This document shows positions 60,401 to 64,000 of a DNA stretch of 64,000 bases, one piece after another. Below the pieces are notes generated by a model. The model ran no database searches and was not told the origin of the DNA. It was given only the letters and a program-made list of their open reading frames with translations. Each line of letters starts with the position of its first letter. Within the stretch, counting starts at the first letter, position 1. The DNA comes from an uncultured Candidatus Saccharibacteria bacterium (lineage in GTDB: Bacteria > Patescibacteriota > Minisyncoccia > Phycocordibacterales > Phycocordibacteraceae). Where the stretch lies: NCBI GenBank assembly GCA_964618705.1, contig CAZUBJ010000001.1, positions 2,050 through 66,049 on the forward strand, given 5' to 3'. The position numbers and the translations under genes are program-made.

Positions 60401-61587
60401 CAGCTGGTTCGAACTACGGCACCATCGTATTCACGCCAGCAGACCTAAGCATCACCAAGGCCCCGCTCACTATCACCGCTGACGACAAGACTCGAGTGTA
60501 TGGAAACGCTAATCCAACTTTCACTCTTACATACAGCGCTTTCCAGTTCAGTGACGACGAGAATAATCTGGACACCGCTGTTGAGGGTTATACCGTAGCT
60601 GGGCAGTTTGACGACGCCGGTACGTACAGCATTGATGTTGTGGAAGACGGTGGGGGATTTGGTCCATCAGCATTGGTTGAAGACGACAACTACGAGCTCA
60701 TGCTTGTAAGCGGAACACTCACTATCGAGCGTGCGGACCAGGAAATTACCTTTGATCCGCTCGCGGACATGGAATTCGGAGATGCAGACTTTGACGTAGC
60801 TGCTACATCGGATTCCGATGAAGACGTAGTGTTCAGTGCAGCTGGCGCATGTACGGTATCTGGAGCAACGGTTCACCTTACTACCAAGGGCACCTGCACC
60901 ATCACTGCCTCCGTTCCAGCAAGCACTAACTACAACGCAGCAGTGTCTGTAGACCAGAGCTTTGAAGTGGCCGACGTTGCTGTGCCAGTAATCACTCTTG
61001 CTGGTTCTGCGTCACTCACCCTGACGACAGGAGATGGCTACGTTGATGCGGGAGCAACCGCAACTGACGACGTGGACGGAGACATCACAGCAAGCATTGT
61101 GACGGTGAATCCGGTAAACATGGATCTCGCAGGCACCTACACCATCACATACAACGTGACGGATGGAGCCGGGAACATTGGAGCAGAAGCGACACGCACC
61201 GTAGTGGTAGAACGACGCAGTAGCGGTGGTGGTGGAGGCTCGTCTCGCAACACAGAGACTGTGGCCACTGGTGGTCGCGTGCTCGGTGCTGCCCTCTACT
61301 TCTTTGCAACTGACCTCACTGTCGGCTCTACGGGAGCAGATGTTATGGAGCTTCAGAAGGTTCTTATTGAGGCTGGCTACCTAAAGATTGCAGCTCCAAC
61401 TGGCTACTTTGGTCCAATGACGCAGGCAGCGGTAAAGCTGTACCAGGCGGCAAAGGGAATCCAGACAACGGGATACGTTGGTCCACTTACGCGCGCAGCG
61501 CTTAACCAGGGAACAGCACCAAAGACCGCAGAGGAGCAGATTGCCGATTTGATGGCGCAACTTAAGGCGCTTCAGGCCCAGCAGTAA
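57490..61587 (+). CDS. Large surface protein (Ig-like, YDG/MBG repeats, DUF5011-like, peptidoglycan-binding C-terminus)
   Basis: Signal peptide, repeated K.YDG/K.YG.ANP modules, 'DAGATA.D..DGD.T' and 'DV..LQ..L...GY...TGYFGP.T..AV..YQ' motifs. Confidence 0.85.
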   Translation: MTISQKLASFARRASFAFIAAALLFTSTADIAFAVAPLAVNDNYSATMDVQLSVNALDGVLTNDSDDVGPIAAIAVVAGSTTAGGSYDLSTDGSFVYTPPSGYRGSDTFTYEVNDIALEGPSSATVEILVEDPAVANVATLSELNAALGNPAKTTINLTADISGITDTVVLNRALTLNGGGNSLSFTGLEAATPNDEGVTIVAPATINNLVVDAGLVVPATWVGTYAVQVYNSTATLHNVTATGANGGIMVNNSNVTLTGTVDVSGNGFGGIESSNGSVLTVSSASFTNTSEVYGKPTLWEDGLTGTTVVNYGSITRIEKGSQYQFYLSADNAKIPQTITFADPTDLTYGDFATFSVAPTADSSLLVSIGTSGACSKAGFLVTVTGAGTCTITATQTGDAIYAAATPVVQSVTISPRAVTVTAASVTKEYDTTTSSAGTPTLTAGSLAFFESATYSQTYVSSDVGVGIVIESASSLDSNANYAVTHVDGSGDITPASLTATAVAADKEYDGNTTTTAAVSVTPLAGDTVTATYTTAIFDTKDVGVGKTVTVSGIALDGADKDNYALTINSATDGADVTAKALTVDVTVDNKVYDNTTAATITGYTPVGLVGLETVTINGGVATFTDNENVGAGKPVSITGLNLVANAVSANYSFTTTDTTTANITTRAITVTAVTATKVYDGHTTSAGTPAITGLGLATGDTSGFSQVYDTANAGTGKSLSVAGAVNDGNGGNNYAVTPVSVSTGEITKAPLTITAQDKTKVYGDANPVATASYSGFVNSENESILDVAVTLVVVANNQTDVNNHPITAFGAADGNYAITHVNGNLEITKRPLTTTVVATDKEYDGTTDADVALTLNGVLFADVVTVSNTDADFDTKNVGTGKTVTATGVAIAGADAGNYSIAATATDTADITAAPLSVTANAATKVYGDADPVFTYTATGLVSGDSFTGALSRDAGEDVSDYAMEIGSLSAGSNYGTIVFTPADLSITKAPLTITADDKTRVYGNANPTFTLTYSAFQFSDDENNLDTAVEGYTVAGQFDDAGTYSIDVVEDGGGFGPSALVEDDNYELMLVSGTLTIERADQEITFDPLADMEFGDADFDVAATSDSDEDVVFSAAGACTVSGATVHLTTKGTCTITASVPASTNYNAAVSVDQSFEVADVAVPVITLAGSASLTLTTGDGYVDAGATATDDVDGDITASIVTVNPVNMDLAGTYTITYNVTDGAGNIGAEATRTVVVERRSSGGGGGSSRNTETVATGGRVLGAALYFFATDLTVGSTGADVMELQKVLIEAGYLKIAAPTGYFGPMTQAAVKLYQAAKGIQTTGYVGPLTRAALNQGTAPKTAEEQIADLMAQLKALQAQQ

Positions 61588-61613
61588 TTACCTGCATGTT
61601 AGTAGTAGCAAAG

Positions 61614-61634
61614 CGCCCGCGAAAGCGGGCGCTT
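61614..61634. terminator. Hairpin terminator
   Basis: AAAGCGCCCGC GAAA GCGGGCGCTTT (stem spans about 61610-61635). Confidence 0.75.
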
Positions 61635-61657
61635 TGTGCGTGCTACCATTTATGTAT

Positions 61658-62134
61658 ATGACCACATTGCGTACCGTAGGTATCTTTCTCATCTGTATCG
61701 CAGCGTCGCTTCTAGCGGGCTTCTGGGGCTCTACAGGCACCGTAGGAAGCATTGCTGGCTGGTACTCCATAATCAACAAACCGTTCTGGACGCCACCGAA
61801 CTGGGTGTTCATGCCGGTATGGACACTGCTCTTTATCCTTATGGGCACAGCAGCTGCGCTGGTGTGGAAGAGTGGAAAGAAGGATGCGTGGAAGCCGGTG
61901 CTATTCTTCTTCGCTCACCTAGTGGTGAACACGTACTGGTCTATCGTATTCTTTACGAACCAGGACCCGGTCACGGCACTCTACGTCATTGCTGTTCTGT
62001 GGCTCATGATTGTCGGCATGATGGTGTGGTTCTGGCGCTACTCACGCGTCGCCACGTACTTGCTCGTGCCGTACATTCTGTGGGTGAGCTACGCCACCAC
62101 GCTTAACATCGGCATTGTCCTTCTAAATCAATAA
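61658..62134 (+). CDS. tspO: TspO/MBR tryptophan-rich sensory protein
   Basis: WY..I.KP.W.PP.WVF.PVWT.L and PY..WV.YA..LN motifs. Confidence 0.92.
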   Translation: MTTLRTVGIFLICIAASLLAGFWGSTGTVGSIAGWYSIINKPFWTPPNWVFMPVWTLLFILMGTAAALVWKSGKKDAWKPVLFFFAHLVVNTYWSIVFFTNQDPVTALYVIAVLWLMIVGMMVWFWRYSRVATYLLVPYILWVSYATTLNIGIVLLNQ

Positions 62135-62136
62135 TT

Positions 62137-62541
62137 ATGCGCTACGTACAACTCTTTGCTCTGACTCTTCCTATTGCCCTCGTTCTTGATGTTATCTGGA
62201 TTGTAGGAATCGCTATGCCGTTCTACCGTGCAGAGCTTGGTGGGCTACTCGCAACTGACGTGGTGTGGCCGGCTGCTATTGCGTTCTATGTGTTCTACAT
62301 AATCGCGCTCATTGTGTTTGTGCTAAAGCCAGCAATCATTGCGCACTCATTGAAGAAGGCCGTACTTCTCGGGGCTTTTCTTGGCTTCACGGCGTACATG
62401 ACGTACGACCTCACCAACCTCGCTACCACTGAGGGCTGGTCGCTCGCGGTTGCGTTGGTGGATATGCTCTGGGGCACCGTCTTTACCGCGGTGCTAGCTG
62501 CTATCTCGTACACCTTCGCTACAAAGTGGTTGAAGATGTAG
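62137..62541 (+). CDS. DUF2177-like membrane protein
   Basis: D..W, Y.TYDLTN.AT...W and D..WG motifs. Confidence 0.85.
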   Translation: MRYVQLFALTLPIALVLDVIWIVGIAMPFYRAELGGLLATDVVWPAAIAFYVFYIIALIVFVLKPAIIAHSLKKAVLLGAFLGFTAYMTYDLTNLATTEGWSLAVALVDMLWGTVFTAVLAAISYTFATKWLKM

Positions 62542-62616
62542 GAAGTTTGTTCGTCTGGGTATAGAAAAACGGGCGGCCAAGGGCCGCCCGTTTCACTCGA
62601 GCTAGTCCACCGTCCA

Positions 62617-62931
62617 TTAGAGGGCGGAGCGCCGTCCGTAGGTTTCGGGATCCCAGGTGATCCGTCCGCCAGTCAGACTCGTCTCGCGCGAAGCTGGGGG
62701 AGCGGCGACGCGCGCAGGGCGGACCTTGGGGCCGCGCATGGCATCGACCTGCCGGAACAGACGCTGACGCAGTTCGTCGACAGTGATGCCGCCGTCACTT
62801 GCCCGTGACTGAAACTCGGCGGTGCGACGGCTCTTGTTCAGCCGCTTGCGAATGCTGGCCTTCTTCTGGCCGGGATGCGTCCGCGAGATTCGAGTGGCGG
62901 GCTTTTTGGGCAGAGTGCGCTGAGCAAACAT
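62617..62931 (-). CDS. Orphan basic small protein
   Basis: AAGGAG SD, TTGCCA-17-CATTAT promoter, hairpin at 62565-62593. Confidence 0.6.
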   Translation of the reverse strand: MFAQRTLPKKPATRISRTHPGQKKASIRKRLNKSRRTAEFQSRASDGGITVDELRQRLFRQVDAMRGPKVRPARVAAPPASRETSLTGGRITWDPETYGRRSAL

Positions 62932-63001
62932 GAAAGATCGTCTCCTTGGTGTTCAGAAGTGAACAGGAGTGATAATGGTTCAAAGAGAGATAATTGGCAA
63001 G

Positions 63002-64000
63002 TTACTTGCCCTGACCGTAGTATTTCTTGAGTAGTTTTACGTGCTCCTGGTAGGTTTCAGTGCAGTGGAAATTGCCACGTGCGTCATGGAAATAGAATAT
63101 GCAATCGGTATTCTTTGGATTGAGTGCTGCGAGCACCGCCGCCATGGATGGGTTTGCGATAGGGCCTGGAGGAAGTCCCTTATTTTGGTACGTGTTGTAC
63201 GCAGACTTGATGTACTTGTCTGCAGGGAGTGGGGTTGGCCACCAACTCTTGGTGGTGCCCTTGTTTGCCTTTGCATACTGAAGCGTTGCGTCAATTTGCA
63301 GGTTCATGCCCATCCAGAGACGGTTCCAAATAATGCCAGAGATTACGCGCATTTCGGTCGGGTCCTGCGTTTCTTTCTGTAGAAGGGACGCGATGGTGAG
63401 TGCATCATCGAGTGGCAGAATTTCCTCCGTCTCTATGCTGTAGCGCGCAACGATTTCTTTCTGGAATCGCTCGTGCAACATGATCTGCACATCTGCGGGA
63501 GTCATGAGGCCGCGCACAGCGTACGTGCCAGGCACCACTTGCCCCTCCGTCATGATTGGCTCTATGGTGCGCATCTGCTTTAGAAAAAGTGCCTTCTGCG
63601 CTGTGTTCCAACCAAGCTGTTTTGCGAACACGGTTGCCACTTCTTCTTGGCGGTATCCCGCACGCACCGTCACAATGCCGCTGGCGCCTACGCTCGCGAG
63701 TGATTGATGAATGGGAAGTGCGGAAATATATTCAGCAAGGCGAGTGATAAGCTCGCTGGCAGTTCCCGCAGCTGCTTGAAGGGAATTGGTATGGAGCGTC
63801 AGCATCTCTTCCACTTTCGGGTCCTCCACAATCTTTTGCTCTTCAGGATAGACAGTAATAGGGAACGCTGGCTGCACGGGCTGAAGAGATGCCCAGTGCA
63901 CGTCTACAGAAATGGCCGTAGGGAGCGCAAAGACCGAAGCGACAAGGGCGAGCATGACCGCAAACAAAGAGCCCGCCGTGACTAGGCGTGTTGCGAGTGT
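63002..64000 (-). CDS. mltG: Endolytic transglycosylase MltG, 5'-partial
   Basis: ASL.Q.E, NRL..GM.LQIDAT and YNTY...GLPPGPI.NP motifs. Frame is open to the window edge. Confidence 0.9.
   Translation of the reverse strand, partial: TLATRLVTAGSLFAVMLALVASVFALPTAISVDVHWASLQPVQPAFPITVYPEEQKIVEDPKVEEMLTLHTNSLQAAAGTASELITRLAEYISALPIHQSLASVGASGIVTVRAGYRQEEVATVFAKQLGWNTAQKALFLKQMRTIEPIMTEGQVVPGTYAVRGLMTPADVQIMLHERFQKEIVARYSIETEEILPLDDALTIASLLQKETQDPTEMRVISGIIWNRLWMGMNLQIDATLQYAKANKGTTKSWWPTPLPADKYIKSAYNTYQNKGLPPGPIANPSMAAVLAALNPKNTDCIFYFHDARGNFHCTETYQEHVKLLKKYYGQGK

Noticed and set aside
1-64000. Alternative genetic code (TGA recoding)
   Set aside because: Conserved genes translate full-length in code 11, and TGA serves as a normal stop (e.g. 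parB, uvrC).

Overview
Gene-dense bacterial chromosomal window. Gene content points to a Patescibacteria/CPR (Parcubacteria-like) genome (inference): class I LysRS, a pilin fused to a cell-wall hydrolase, a stand-alone VirD4/TraD-like ATPase, an ECF sigma with a DUF5667-type partner, a short DnaX and UvrC, and a giant YDG/MBG surface protein. The backbone holds miaA, ahpC, parB, rel, topA, dprA, serS, ftsQ-like, dus, dnaX, trhO, ABC-F, lexA-dinB, a pseudouridine synthase, lysS, tgt, uvrB/A/C, ddl, mltG and three tRNAs. Many backbone genes look leaderless, with a -10 box just before the ATG. Between them sit about 15 single orphan genes, most with their own Shine-Dalgarno and terminator hairpin and several with a near-consensus sigma70 promoter. 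The most notable observations are: (1) a tRNA with a Glu (TTC) anticodon on a Lys-like body that also carries the G3:U70/A73 alanine identity signal; (2) a ~460-nt highly structured unit without a convincing ORF between uvrC and ddl, matching no RNA class I recognise; (3) a tandem pair of paralogous CxxC microproteins ending in -AA; (4) a tRNA-Leu followed by an interrupted antisense copy of its own 3' end; (5) a GAAC-N4-GTTC operator inside the lexA promoter. No CRISPR array, rRNA, transposase or integrase was seen. All calls come from reading motifs by eye; no database searches were run.
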